DNA of 64,000 bases, taken from Candidatus Enterousia avicola (GTDB lineage Bacteria > Pseudomonadota > Alphaproteobacteria > Rs-D84). The stretch spans positions 240 through 64,239 of the forward strand of contig DVNO01000036.1 of the NCBI GenBank assembly GCA_018714345.1, written 5' to 3'. The notes below the pieces were generated by a model. That model did no database searches. It was not told the DNA's origin and was given only the letters and a program-made list of their open reading frames with translations. Below are positions 38,429-48,475 of the stretch, one piece after another. The translations under genes and the position numbers were made by a program. Position 1 is the stretch's first letter, and each line of letters begins with the position of its first letter.

Positions 38429-39559
38429 TTTTATCAATTTAATGATGTCTTTAGAAATACGGTCGGCGTCAAAACGTTTTAGTCCGTTATAAGCCACACT
38501 TTTCATATTTTTTATATCTATTCTGTTATTAAATACAGCATCCATACATTTTGCTAGTTGTTCTGCATTTCCCGGCTCAAACAATAAACCGCCTGCCCCA
38601 TCACATAAAATTTCACTAGGACCATTTCTACAATCAGACGAGATATTTATTGTTCCAATAGCAATAGATTCAATCAATACTGTTGGCAACCCCTCACTTT
38701 TACTAGACAAAATATTTGCAATTGCGCCTTTCATATACCCAAAAGGATTTGGCAATGCGCCAGTAAAAATAATTTGATTCGATGCAGATAAAGATTTTGC
38801 CAATTCTTCATAGCGAATTCTATAGCTTCCATCACCTATGACATATAACTTTACATCTGGCTTATTGTTCATATTCCAGAAAGCATCAAATCCCTTTAAC
38901 AACGTTGGGATATCTTTGTCCGCATACAACCGGGACACGGAACAAAAATACTTACCTTTTGAATGTTGCGCCATTTTGGATTTTTGTTCTATATAGTCAA
39001 TATCTATCGGGTTATAAATTCGCACGATATTTTTTTCATAGTGCGGATATAATTTCTTAAAATCAGAAACGAACCCATCCGTCAAAGCGACTAATTTATT
39101 ATAGTCATTCATATATTTTATATAATTTCCTGATATGAAACTATCTATAGACGCATGCCACCAGTTAATTTTTGGTTTTGTCAGTTTTTTAAATTCTTTA
39201 TCAAACGAAAAATTGAAATAATCTATAAAAACATCAATCTCTTTAAACTTTTTTAATCCAAACAAAGTACGTTTAAACCAACGATATACATCCCGACAAA
39301 GGTGCTGAAATATCCTCGCTAAAAAAAAGTGGCATAAATCGGTTCCAAGCCAACTTACAGGATATAATGCATGAACTTTTACTTCTGGGTGTGCACGAAA
39401 CCAATCAAGATAAACCGGTTCTTTTATATTTACATACGTAATTACACTCAGCTCTATATCTTTGTGCTTTAACAACATATCCATCGTGCGAATCAAAACA
39501 GATTCTACACCGCCTATTTTCATATCACGAACACAAAAAGCAACTTTTAATTTTTTCAT
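38417..39559 (-). CDS. glycosyltransferase family 4 (GT-B)
   Basis: C-terminal motif EGLPTVLIESIAIGTINISSD matches the GT4 pattern EGFGLV.LEAMA.G.PVV. Confidence 0.78.
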   Translation of the reverse strand: MKKLKVAFCVRDMKIGGVESVLIRTMDMLLKHKDIELSVITYVNIKEPVYLDWFRAHPEVKVHALYPVSWLGTDLCHFFLARIFQHLCRDVYRWFKRTLFGLKKFKEIDVFIDYFNFSFDKEFKKLTKPKINWWHASIDSFISGNYIKYMNDYNKLVALTDGFVSDFKKLYPHYEKNIVRIYNPIDIDYIEQKSKMAQHSKGKYFCSVSRLYADKDIPTLLKGFDAFWNMNNKPDVKLYVIGDGSYRIRYEELAKSLSASNQIIFTGALPNPFGYMKGAIANILSSKSEGLPTVLIESIAIGTINISSDCRNGPSEILCDGAGGLLFEPGNAEQLAKCMDAVFNNRIDIKNMKSVAYNGLKRFDADRISKDIIKLIKSYT

Positions 39560-40581
39560 TTTTTACAAATTTTTATAAAACCGCAAATATCACAGCGCAG
39601 CTTTTTTGCCCACTTTGTAGGAGGATTATCCAAAGCTCCGATTTTTTCTAATTCACAAAAACGTTTACGAGCATCCTCTAAATCAGCGGTATTGTCCAAA
39701 TATTTTATTTTACGAAAAGCCCACTTGATAAAATACCACTTAAATTTCTTAGACCACTGATGCATCTGATATTCCGTAGCATTCCCCTTGTATAATTTGT
39801 AAGAATTTTCTATTCCATCACAAAGACTATGCAATATACGCAACTGCTTAGCTGACAAAACAATTCCGCCAAAGTTCGGTATATAAAAGTATAAAGGCAA
39901 TGGAGCAATTGTCACACGTGGATTTTTTAACATAATTGCGGACCACCAAGGAAAATCTTCAAACAGAATCCCCTTAATAAAAGGTGTATCAGAAATTAGT
40001 TCACGACGATACAAATTTTTCCAAACCTGACAATGCTTAATTAACCATTTACGTTTAGGATTAAATGGATTATGTGCACTTTCTGTTGCATATGCATATA
40101 CATCATCTGTTACCAGCGTTTTTATATTTGCTAAGTTATATCGCTTGTGAATACGGCCCGGCACAACATTATCTGTATTCAATCCCAATTTATAACGAAT
40201 CATCAATTGAGGTCTATAAATTCTGTCATATGTAAAAGAGACAATATCAGAACCGTCACGCGTAGCTAAGAAATATGCAATTTCCATCGTCTGCGGATGT
40301 ATAAAATCATCACTATCTAAAAACAGGATAAAATCCCCCTCTGCGACACGCATTCCAGCGTTACGGGCGTCTGATAAACCACCATTTTCTTTCGTCACGA
40401 TTTTAAAGCGTGCATCTCGCTCGGCATATTCTTTTAATATATCAGCGCTATTATCCGGACTTCCATCATTTACACAAATCGCTTCCCAATCTGAAAAAGT
40501 CTGATTAAGAACACTATTCAAACAACGTCTTAAATATTTTTCTACATTGTATACTGGTATTATAACAGAAATAGCCGGCAT
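39556..40581 (-). CDS. glycosyltransferase family 2
   Basis: N-terminus ISVIIPVYNVEKYL...NQTFSDWEAICVNDGSPD...FLDSDD is the classic GT2 signature. Confidence 0.85.
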   Translation of the reverse strand: MPAISVIIPVYNVEKYLRRCLNSVLNQTFSDWEAICVNDGSPDNSADILKEYAERDARFKIVTKENGGLSDARNAGMRVAEGDFILFLDSDDFIHPQTMEIAYFLATRDGSDIVSFTYDRIYRPQLMIRYKLGLNTDNVVPGRIHKRYNLANIKTLVTDDVYAYATESAHNPFNPKRKWLIKHCQVWKNLYRRELISDTPFIKGILFEDFPWWSAIMLKNPRVTIAPLPLYFYIPNFGGIVLSAKQLRILHSLCDGIENSYKLYKGNATEYQMHQWSKKFKWYFIKWAFRKIKYLDNTADLEDARKRFCELEKIGALDNPPTKWAKKLRCDICGFIKICKK

Positions 40582-40602
40582 ATAACGCTCCCGTGTTTAA
40601 AG

Positions 40603-41511
40603 TTAATTTTTGTACATTTTGTTTATCATGACATCTGCAAAACTTCCCTTTGGTGGATTTTTTGCCTGAGCATAAGTCGTCTTCTGAAAGAATGCCCCAG
40701 AAGTTACTTTATCAAAAGTTTTCTGATCGAACGGTTTGTCCGCATACGCCCACCACAATGCATGTGTTGGGTCTTGATCAACATGTGGCATCTTTTCAAA
40801 ATATTTTTTTGCACGTGGGTCATATGTAACCATAGTTTTAAAAAGCAGCTGATGCATAAAATAATCAAAGCTATGATTTTCATGAATCCAATAATCAAGA
40901 ATCATCGCCCGCCAAGCATCTAGCAAATACGCCCCCTTTCTTGATCTGATAAAACAATTCTGCATAAAGCTGTATGGACTGCCGACGTTATTTCCCGCCA
41001 TATACACGAAAAAGTCCTGATCTATAATCCAGTCTGGAATTGGTGCCGTTGCAAAACCAGTAGAGTCTAGCCAAATTCCGCCATGCTCATATAATAATTC
41101 AACTCTACAAATATCAGCGAAATGAGCATTTTTTATTTTGCCCTCTTGCCGTTTTTTCCAAATTATATCCGGCAAAGTTATATATTGCTTTATAGTATTC
41201 TCGTCTAAAACAACCAACTCTTGCTTACAGTTTTTTCTAACACTACGAAAACACGCCTTGACCAAGTCAGGCGCGTTCTTTTCTCCTTGTAACCAAATTG
41301 TAAAGATTTTTTCATTGGCGTCATCTTTGACAACAGGACGTTCAATAACTGCAGCTGCTGCCGGCAGATACCGCTTAAAATATCGCGGTATAGCCGTTGC
41401 CAACACATCACTACGCACTGCCCGACGCGTTACCCTATCACGCCAAAACCAATTCAAAATATGCCCGCGGATGATAACATCAGACATTGCAAAAAAACGT
41501 GACATATTCAT
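40603..41511 (-). CDS. putative glycosyltransferase (capsular polysaccharide synthesis / Gly_transf_sug-like)
   Basis: DxD-containing sugar-binding region (VVLDENT...). The N-terminus is not a signal peptide. Confidence 0.45.
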   Translation of the reverse strand: MNMSRFFAMSDVIIRGHILNWFWRDRVTRRAVRSDVLATAIPRYFKRYLPAAAAVIERPVVKDDANEKIFTIWLQGEKNAPDLVKACFRSVRKNCKQELVVLDENTIKQYITLPDIIWKKRQEGKIKNAHFADICRVELLYEHGGIWLDSTGFATAPIPDWIIDQDFFVYMAGNNVGSPYSFMQNCFIRSRKGAYLLDAWRAMILDYWIHENHSFDYFMHQLLFKTMVTYDPRAKKYFEKMPHVDQDPTHALWWAYADKPFDQKTFDKVTSGAFFQKTTYAQAKNPPKGSFADVMINKMYKN

Positions 41512-41531
41512 GGCTTGCTCCTGCTTTTATT

Positions 41532-42617
41532 CTATTCCATTACTTCATCTGTCGAAGCGACTTCATCTTCTTCTGCTGGACCAGTTGTCATTTCTTCAGC
41601 AATGCCCTTTGCCCGCGCCATGATTTTATCTAGCAATTCTTTCTGAACATCTTCATGCTCTTTCAACCATTGGCGTGCATTTGCTTCTCCCTGTCCCATA
41701 CGCTCATTATTATAAGAATAAAAACTTCCAGCTTTTTCAATCAAATCGTACTTTACACCCATATCAAGAATTTCACTAATACGAGAAATACCCTCGCCAT
41801 ACATGATTTTAAAATCAACTGTACGGAAAGGTGGTGCAACCTTATTCTTTACGACTTTTACTCTGGTTTCATTTCCTATAATATTATCCTTGTCTTTAAT
41901 CTGCCCTGTGCGGCGAATATCAAGACGTACAGAAGCATAGAACTTCAACGCATTACCACCAGAAGTCGTTTCAGGATTTCCAAACATAACACCTATTTTC
42001 ATACGAATCTGATTAATAAATATCAACAAAGTATTACTACGTGATACAGAACCTGCTAACTTTTTTAAACTTTGAGACATCAAACGAGCGGTTGTTCCAA
42101 CAAACGAATCGCCAATATTTCCCTCTAACTCTGCCTTTGGCACTAACGCAGCAACCGAATCGATTACAACGACATCAACAGCGCCAGACTTAATCAAAGT
42201 ATCCGCAATTTCCAAAGCTTGTTCACCAGAATCTGGCTGTGAAATTATTAAATTGGCAACATCAACACCAAGTTTCTTTGCATAACTAGGATCCAACGCA
42301 TTTTCCGCATCAATATAAGCACATGTGCCACCTTTCTTTTGAGCTTCTGCAACCGCATGTAAGGCCAACGTTGTCTTGCCAGAACTTTCTGGACCATAAA
42401 TTTCGACTATACGCCCACGTGGATAACCACCAATACCCAGCGCAATATCCAAACCAAGCGACCCAGATGAAATCGCCTCTATATTTTGCTGAGACCCGTC
42501 ACCCATTTTCATAATGGCTTCTTTACCGAACTGCTTTTGAATCTGCGCCAATGCTGATTCCAACGCAGGATTTTTTGCTTGAGTATTCGTTTCTTTCACT
42601 GCTTCTTTTTTTGCCAT
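41532..42617 (-). CDS. recA: recombinase RecA
   Basis: Walker [10 protein letters not shown] and the RecA core. 361 aa. Confidence 0.95.
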   Translation of the reverse strand: MAKKEAVKETNTQAKNPALESALAQIQKQFGKEAIMKMGDGSQQNIEAISSGSLGLDIALGIGGYPRGRIVEIYGPESSGKTTLALHAVAEAQKKGGTCAYIDAENALDPSYAKKLGVDVANLIISQPDSGEQALEIADTLIKSGAVDVVVIDSVAALVPKAELEGNIGDSFVGTTARLMSQSLKKLAGSVSRSNTLLIFINQIRMKIGVMFGNPETTSGGNALKFYASVRLDIRRTGQIKDKDNIIGNETRVKVVKNKVAPPFRTVDFKIMYGEGISRISEILDMGVKYDLIEKAGSFYSYNNERMGQGEANARQWLKEHEDVQKELLDKIMARAKGIAEEMTTGPAEEDEVASTDEVME

Positions 42618-42694
42618 AAAATTCCCCTTTTCTTATCAAGGAAATAATACAAATTATTTATACTACACGCAACGAAAATAAAAGTACCACAAAT

Positions 42695-43879
42695 TTACTT
42701 TTTGGCAAAAACAAGCAAAGCAGAAAAACCACCGATAACGGCCGTTACAATCCATACAGCAGAAGTTCCACCAAATAAAGTTATACACGCCGCCCCCAAT
42801 ATCGGTGCAATTATATTGGGTAAGTTAACACTTGTTCTAAATACTCCATAATATTTTGTCTGTTCTACTTTTTTAGTGTTATCAAAGAACAACAAATCAT
42901 GAACAGATTCCATTAACGCACCAGACACCTGCCACATTACAAATATAGCCAACAACGGATACCCCGTGATAATAGTCGCAAATGCTGAAAATATGGCAAA
43001 AGATGAAAAACCTATAAACAACCATTTCTCTTTCCCATATCTGCGTACAAGCTTTGCCATTACTTCAGATAATACCAAGTATGGTATAATACCAAGCGTC
43101 AGCACCCAACCTAAAACATCTTTAGAGAAACCGTTTTCAACAACAATAATCGGAACATAAAGATATCTCATTGCCCGCAAAGCATAATAACCAAAATTAA
43201 CGGCATAAGCACGCGGCATTCCTTTTACTTTAAAGAAAGCAACCGTATTCTTTAACAAATCCAAAAGAGTTTTACGAGGATTAACAGGTTTTACTTTTTT
43301 ATCTTCTTGAACTATACGGAAAAATTTAAATGCAAACCAGCCAGATAAATATATCAAAGCTGATGCAAAAAATGCTGCCCTATTATCAAACTGATTTGCG
43401 ATTGCCACCGCTATTAAAGGTGCGAACAATGCCCCTACATTCATCCACAAATGGTATCTAGAATTCAATGGGGCCATTCCTGTTTTCCCAGAGAAATCTG
43501 ACATAAACAACGGAATTAGAACACCAACCAACGTAGTTGCTATTCCCGTTGTATAATCTAATATAATAAAAGTACTTGGCCGAATAGAAAAGCTCATCAT
43601 TGCATAGCAAATTGCCAACATTAACAAGACAAAGTAGAATATACGAACCTTAGAAAACATTCTAAACAATTCGTTTGCAAACAACCCTACGAACATGCAA
43701 AACGCTGCATATATACCTACGTAAATACCAACGGTTGCCGAATTCATAAAAATTTCCATCAAGACCAGCGAATAAACTGCATTATAAATACCGTCAGCAA
43801 ACCCGGTAAACAAACCAAGGTTTGCGAACGAGAATCCGCTAATACCATTCTTTACGTAAAGATACTTATCTTTTGCCAT
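42695..43879 (-). CDS. putative MFS-type transporter (about 12 TM)
   Basis: Highly hydrophobic 394-aa protein with about 12 predicted helices. Confidence 0.55.
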   Translation of the reverse strand: MAKDKYLYVKNGISGFSFANLGLFTGFADGIYNAVYSLVLMEIFMNSATVGIYVGIYAAFCMFVGLFANELFRMFSKVRIFYFVLLMLAICYAMMSFSIRPSTFIILDYTTGIATTLVGVLIPLFMSDFSGKTGMAPLNSRYHLWMNVGALFAPLIAVAIANQFDNRAAFFASALIYLSGWFAFKFFRIVQEDKKVKPVNPRKTLLDLLKNTVAFFKVKGMPRAYAVNFGYYALRAMRYLYVPIIVVENGFSKDVLGWVLTLGIIPYLVLSEVMAKLVRRYGKEKWLFIGFSSFAIFSAFATIITGYPLLAIFVMWQVSGALMESVHDLLFFDNTKKVEQTKYYGVFRTSVNLPNIIAPILGAACITLFGGTSAVWIVTAVIGGFSALLVFAKK

Positions 43880-43913
43880 ATCCTTTACATTCTATCATAA
43901 AATTACCAAAATA

Positions 43914-43945
43914 AAAATCCGCATATTGCGGATTTTTGTTTAAGA
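43914..43945. terminator. terminator between secB and the MFS gene
   Basis: AATCCGCA-TAT-TGCGGATT hairpin flanked by T-runs on both strands. Confidence 0.55.
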
Positions 43946-43954
43946 CAAACAGCA

Positions 43955-44407
43955 TTATTTATTATTAGCTGGTGCTTGCTGCATCTGTTTTTGTCTATCC
44001 TCGTAAAGTTTTTCGAAATCAACCGGTTGCATAACAAATGCAGGAAAACCGGATTCCGCAGTCATACGAGTAATTAAAGCGCGAACTGCAGGGAATAATA
44101 ACGTTGGAACATTTATTAACAATGTACGCTTTTTAACCTCTTCATCCTTTTCTTCTTCCATCTGAACCAAACCAGAATAAGTAGATTCAATTAAGAAAAT
44201 AGACTTATCCCCATTTTCCAGTTTTGAATGTATCTTTGTGATTAAATCTACCATAAATAAGTTATTTTCGGCACCTTTGATTTGGATATCTATGTTGATT
44301 TCCATTTTTGCCTGTCCGTTATCATTTTTAAAGAATAATTCTGGAACATTTGGGCTTTCAAACGAAAAATCTTTTAAAAACTGGGTAATAATATTAAATT
44401 TTGCCAT
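43955..44407 (-). CDS. secB: protein-export chaperone SecB
   Basis: The N-terminus FLKDFSFESPNVPELF matches the SecB consensus (IYTKDISFEAPNAP). 150 aa, with an acidic C-terminus. Confidence 0.85.
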   Translation of the reverse strand: MAKFNIITQFLKDFSFESPNVPELFFKNDNGQAKMEINIDIQIKGAENNLFMVDLITKIHSKLENGDKSIFLIESTYSGLVQMEEEKDEEVKKRTLLINVPTLLFPAVRALITRMTAESGFPAFVMQPVDFEKLYEDRQKQMQQAPANNK

Positions 44408-44471
44408 TGCGAATACTCCTTTTTTTAGGCACCGTTTTATGGTAATATAGCATTATAAAAGATTTTTACAA

Positions 44472-45593
44472 GTGGGGGGAAAGATAAAAATGTTGGGTTC
44501 TGCAAAGCGGTTATTGTTTCGCTCGTTTAGCTTTTTGTTATGTGTATTTGTATTAACTTCTTGTGATTTGTCTGTACCAACCCACCAGGGTAACAATGCC
44601 GTAATACCATCAAACCTAAAGAAAGTATCGTATAACGATTTACCTGGGTGGCGGAACGATGATGTTAGATATGCATTACAAGCTTTTCGTAACTCTTGCC
44701 GTGCCAGAATTCAATATACAGGGAAAGTAATCCCCGACCGCGAACTTTTTCAAGAAAAATGTCGCATGCTGCCATCTGCATCTGCAGACGTTGCCACAAT
44801 ACGGGCATGGTTTGAATCAAACTTTCAACCATACCAAGTATTTAACGATGACGGTTCGTCCAAGGGATTATATACGGGGTATTATTCTCCTATAATTCCA
44901 GGTTGCCGTACGAAAACAGCCCAATGTAATGAACCGCTTATGGGTGTTCCAACAGATGGCAGAAACTATAAGGGTGTTCCCAAGAAACAGATTGTAGAAC
45001 AACAAATAGGTAGACCTTTATATTGGGCAAACATAGTTGATGTTCAGAACATACAAATCCAAGGCAGTGGTATGTTGCAGTTAGATGATGGCACAATGGT
45101 AAAATTGAATTTTGCCGCTGTAAACGACCTGCCCTTCAAATCGATTGGCGAACAACTTCGTTCAAAAGGCATCAGACCACCGAACGGTTATTCTGCTGAT
45201 GCGGTATGGCAATATTTAAAACAAAACCCAAGCTTAGCCAAAGAGGTGATTTACAACAATCCGCGTTATGTGTATTTCTATGAATCTGTTCCACCAGATG
45301 TTATTGGAAAACTTGGCACACCATTATCAAAGATTCGTTCTATAGCAATGGATGACAGCATATACACTCTTGGTCTGCCAGTATATGTGGATACAAATTT
45401 ATCTGACGGTCGACGTTTCAGTCGCCTGATGATAGCACAAGATACAGGAAGTGCTATACGTGGTTGGATTCGTGCTGACATATTCTTTGGCAAAGGAGAT
45501 GAAGCATACAAATTTGCACACGGTCAGCATGCACAGGGAAAAATGTTCATTTTGATGCCAAAAGAATACACGTATGTCAAACCAACAAAATGA
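44472..45593 (+). CDS. mltA: membrane-bound lytic murein transglycosylase A
   Basis: Lipoprotein signal sequence (LTSCD) and MltA 3D-domain motifs (AQDTGSAIRG...FFGKGDEA). Confidence 0.85.
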   Translation: MGGKIKMLGSAKRLLFRSFSFLLCVFVLTSCDLSVPTHQGNNAVIPSNLKKVSYNDLPGWRNDDVRYALQAFRNSCRARIQYTGKVIPDRELFQEKCRMLPSASADVATIRAWFESNFQPYQVFNDDGSSKGLYTGYYSPIIPGCRTKTAQCNEPLMGVPTDGRNYKGVPKKQIVEQQIGRPLYWANIVDVQNIQIQGSGMLQLDDGTMVKLNFAAVNDLPFKSIGEQLRSKGIRPPNGYSADAVWQYLKQNPSLAKEVIYNNPRYVYFYESVPPDVIGKLGTPLSKIRSIAMDDSIYTLGLPVYVDTNLSDGRRFSRLMIAQDTGSAIRGWIRADIFFGKGDEAYKFAHGQHAQGKMFILMPKEYTYVKPTK

Positions 45594-45903
45594 TTTCAAC
45601 AAACGTTCAAAGCGTCCTCAGACAATTGCTAGTGCGATGGGCGATTTGATGCGCATGTTTGGCATTCGTGCATCTGATGCAGACTTGGTAAAACGTTGGG
45701 ATAAAATAATGGGGCCAGAAATATCCAGTATTGCCAGCATTGCATCAATAAAAAAAATGAAAGATGGAAACTTTAATATAACCTTGCGTCCAAACAACCC
45801 AGCATTCACATTGCAACTTTCATACATGACAGAAGAAATAAAAGAAAAAATAAACAAATATTTCGGTCGTGACGCAGTTGCAAAAATTAGTTTTAGAAAA
45901 TAA
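45574..45903 (+). CDS. DUF721 (DciA-like) domain protein
   Basis: 109-aa basic protein whose pattern resembles DUF721. Overlaps mltA by 20 nt. Confidence 0.5.
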   Translation: MSNQQNDFNKRSKRPQTIASAMGDLMRMFGIRASDADLVKRWDKIMGPEISSIASIASIKKMKDGNFNITLRPNNPAFTLQLSYMTEEIKEKINKYFGRDAVAKISFRK

Positions 45904-45907
45904 AAAA

Positions 45908-45950
45908 CGCTGTATATACTAGAAATTAAGCATATACAGCAATTTTTATA
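45908..45950. terminator. bidirectional terminator
   Basis: 9-bp stem GCTGTATAT/ATATACAGC followed by AATTTTTAT. Confidence 0.45.
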
Positions 45951-45955
45951 CAAAA

Positions 45956-46234
45956 TTATTTTATCATTTTTCTTTCCCACCAAATCGCAATTGCAGGAAC
46001 CAAGAAAAGGATTACACCGGCCAATCCCCACAAAGCCAACGTTCCAACCGCATAGACAAAGAACATAGGTGCGGACACGCCAGTAACCCATACACCAAAA
46101 TAAATAAGCTGTGGTACAAAGGTTAACATCCATATCAACAAAACCAACAAAGTATTTACGGCGAATGCGCGAAGCAACACTCGTTGTTTAGATAATAACT
46201 TTATGTTACGCATTTCTTGAAAATCGTTTTTCAT
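45956..46234 (-). CDS. small 2-TM membrane protein (hypothetical)
   Basis: 92-aa protein with two hydrophobic helices. Confidence 0.4.
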   Translation of the reverse strand: MKNDFQEMRNIKLLSKQRVLLRAFAVNTLLVLLIWMLTFVPQLIYFGVWVTGVSAPMFFVYAVGTLALWGLAGVILFLVPAIAIWWERKMIK

Positions 46235-46283
46235 AATTTCCCCCTTTGCTGGTTATTATGATTATATCATAAAAGAAGTTTTC

Positions 46284-46763
46284 TTAGAAACTGAATTTAC
46301 TCATATTAGCATGAGCCAATGCAATTGCTATAGCATCACTTTCATCAGATGTTTTTGGTTTTGCCGCCGGCAATAAAATTCTTACCATTTTATAAACTTG
46401 TTCTTTATCTGCATGACCAGCGGAAGTTAAGGCTTTTTTTATTTTATTCGGTTCATACTCAAATACAGGAATATCCTTATTTGCAACAGCAACTATTGCA
46501 GCCGCCCTAGCATGCCCCAGTATTAAAGTCGTTTTTGGATTTTGATTTACGAATGTAATTTCTATACTGCACACATCGGGGCAAAATTTTTCACAAAGTT
46601 CCGTAACACCACGAAAAATTATGCTTAACCGTTCGGGCAACGATAAAGATGTTTTTGGCAAAATCACCCCACTTGCAACATAGTGACGCTCTGCCCCACT
46701 AGAATCAATGATGGCCCAACCTGTATGTAAAAGTCCCGGATCAATACCGATTATTCTTGTCAT
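46284..46763 (-). CDS. ruvC: crossover junction endodeoxyribonuclease RuvC
   Basis: N-terminus MTRIIGIDPGLLHTGWAI with a catalytic Asp. 159 aa. Confidence 0.9.
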   Translation of the reverse strand: MTRIIGIDPGLLHTGWAIIDSSGAERHYVASGVILPKTSLSLPERLSIIFRGVTELCEKFCPDVCSIEITFVNQNPKTTLILGHARAAAIVAVANKDIPVFEYEPNKIKKALTSAGHADKEQVYKMVRILLPAAKPKTSDESDAIAIALAHANMSKFSF

Positions 46764-46772
46764 AATATAATT

Positions 46773-47423
46773 TTATCTTTTTAACTTAATTTCATACGTT
46801 CCATCTGAATTTTCCCAGACCTCCCAATTTTTTCTATCACAATATAAATTCATATCTCTTTCCAAGAATTGAATATCATCACGAAAATCACATTCCAATT
46901 TAGCTGATGGGACACAAGACAACGTAGCTTTCATTTCTTTACAATATTTATTGATTATATAAGCCTGTAATCTTCCTGCAAAAAACGTATTCGCCATACC
47001 CTGCCTATTTAAAGCGGTAAATTTATACGACACGTTATAAATATCATCTCCACCTTCTGTATCTGTATCGGACGATTGCTTGGCCGTGGCGTTTTCAAAA
47101 ACAGCAAAAGTCATATTTAAACATTGGTCCAACAAAGTTTCACTTTCTTCTAAATTTTTCAACTTTAAAGCGAAGCCGTAACAATTTGTCCCCAATTCAT
47201 ACATAGATATCGATATGCATTTAAGAGCCTCATTATAGTACCCATAAGACATCAACATCTCAACGAAAGAATCTGTTTCTGATTCTGAAAAGATGGAACG
47301 CAAAGGTTTCTCTATATCCGACCAAGCTAAATTATAAGAATAATCCACAGAAAAATTATCATCTGCCAGTGCTGGGGCAAACAAACCAAAGGATAAAAAC
47401 AAACACATCATAAATCTTATCAT
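46773..47423 (-). CDS. secreted Cys-containing hypothetical protein
   Basis: Signal peptide MIRFMMCLFLSFGLFAPALA and eight Cys residues. Its start ATG overlaps the upstream gene's TGA stop (ATGA). Confidence 0.5.
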   Translation of the reverse strand: MIRFMMCLFLSFGLFAPALADDNFSVDYSYNLAWSDIEKPLRSIFSESETDSFVEMLMSYGYYNEALKCISISMYELGTNCYGFALKLKNLEESETLLDQCLNMTFAVFENATAKQSSDTDTEGGDDIYNVSYKFTALNRQGMANTFFAGRLQAYIINKYCKEMKATLSCVPSAKLECDFRDDIQFLERDMNLYCDRKNWEVWENSDGTYEIKLKR

Positions 47424-48379
47424 TTTAACGCCCCCTCGCATTCGTCAGCAATATTCACAATCTTCTTTATTGCATTTATTTGCGTAGCATTAAAGACAGT
47501 TGCTGTTAAAGACGCAGCAGTCGTTGCCCCACCTAATATATTTGAAGCCTTATTTAAATTCTTCTCTCTGTCTGCATTGTCTGTCTTTTTGTTCGCCATT
47601 CCAGAAGTTATTGTTCCAGAAAGCCCAGTAACCGCACCAATAGCGCTAGAAATTGTAGCCCCATCTGATTTCTTATTAATTACTGATAAATCTGCAAACT
47701 CATATTCGCCACAAGCCTTAATAATTCGGTCTGCACGTGCTGAATTTGAAGATTCTAATTCGCCCGCAACATGAGCCTGCAATTTGGCATTTTCTAAGCT
47801 TTCAACAGATTTAATACAATTTTGAATTTTTGTAATCAAGTCATCGTCCGCACGATTTTTGCTAGCCATCACAGCACCCGCAATATTAGCCACCGTACTA
47901 GTTGCCATTAAACCTGTACGAACATTACCAAGCGTCTCAGATTTTTGCTGCTCTTTTTTTAACTGTTCTTCTAAGGGATTTTTAACTGCATCATCAGATT
48001 TTTTCAAACCAGAATCTTTAATAGCAGCAGCCAATTCTGCTTTACTAACTTTTGTCTTATCAAAGCCAGTATTAGTTACGGTCGCATCTTCAACACTTCC
48101 CATTTTATATCTATCTAGCAAGTTTTTTATTTCTTCGATGCTTTTATCTGTCTTCGACTTAACAATACCAGAAATAGTAGCCCCTGCTCCAACAGCCGTA
48201 CCAATACCAGTCACTGCCGTATTTATACCTGCCATTCTTTTTAAATCATCCATACTGCTTGATATACCAGAACAATGAATTCTTGCAGATTCTAAAGCTA
48301 TATCAAAACTTGCAGGTTCTGCCGCAAATGCATTGAAAACACAAAAGTTAATCAGTAAAAACACTCGACATAATTTCAT
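47420..48379 (-). CDS. secreted protein with four Gly/Ala/Thr-rich amphipathic segments
   Basis: Signal peptide MKLCRVFLLINFCVFNAFAA. Four segments recur at about 75-aa spacing between charged coiled regions: GINTAVTGIGTAVGAGATISG, GLMATSTVANIAGAVMAS, ISSAIGAVTGLSGTITSG and ILGGATTAASLTATVFNA. Confidence 0.5.
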   Translation of the reverse strand: MKLCRVFLLINFCVFNAFAAEPASFDIALESARIHCSGISSSMDDLKRMAGINTAVTGIGTAVGAGATISGIVKSKTDKSIEEIKNLLDRYKMGSVEDATVTNTGFDKTKVSKAELAAAIKDSGLKKSDDAVKNPLEEQLKKEQQKSETLGNVRTGLMATSTVANIAGAVMASKNRADDDLITKIQNCIKSVESLENAKLQAHVAGELESSNSARADRIIKACGEYEFADLSVINKKSDGATISSAIGAVTGLSGTITSGMANKKTDNADREKNLNKASNILGGATTAASLTATVFNATQINAIKKIVNIADECEGALK

Positions 48380-48427
48380 TAAAAAGCCCCACCTACGTTC
48401 TAGGGGATTATATCACATTTATAAGCA

Positions 48428-48466
48428 CAAAAAAAGCGTCACAAAAGTGTGACGCCTTTTTATAAT
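48428..48466 (-). terminator. terminator downstream of yebC
   Basis: GCGTCACA-AAAG-TGTGACGC hairpin flanked by T-runs. Confidence 0.55.
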
Positions 48467-48475
48467 TCTTTACTT

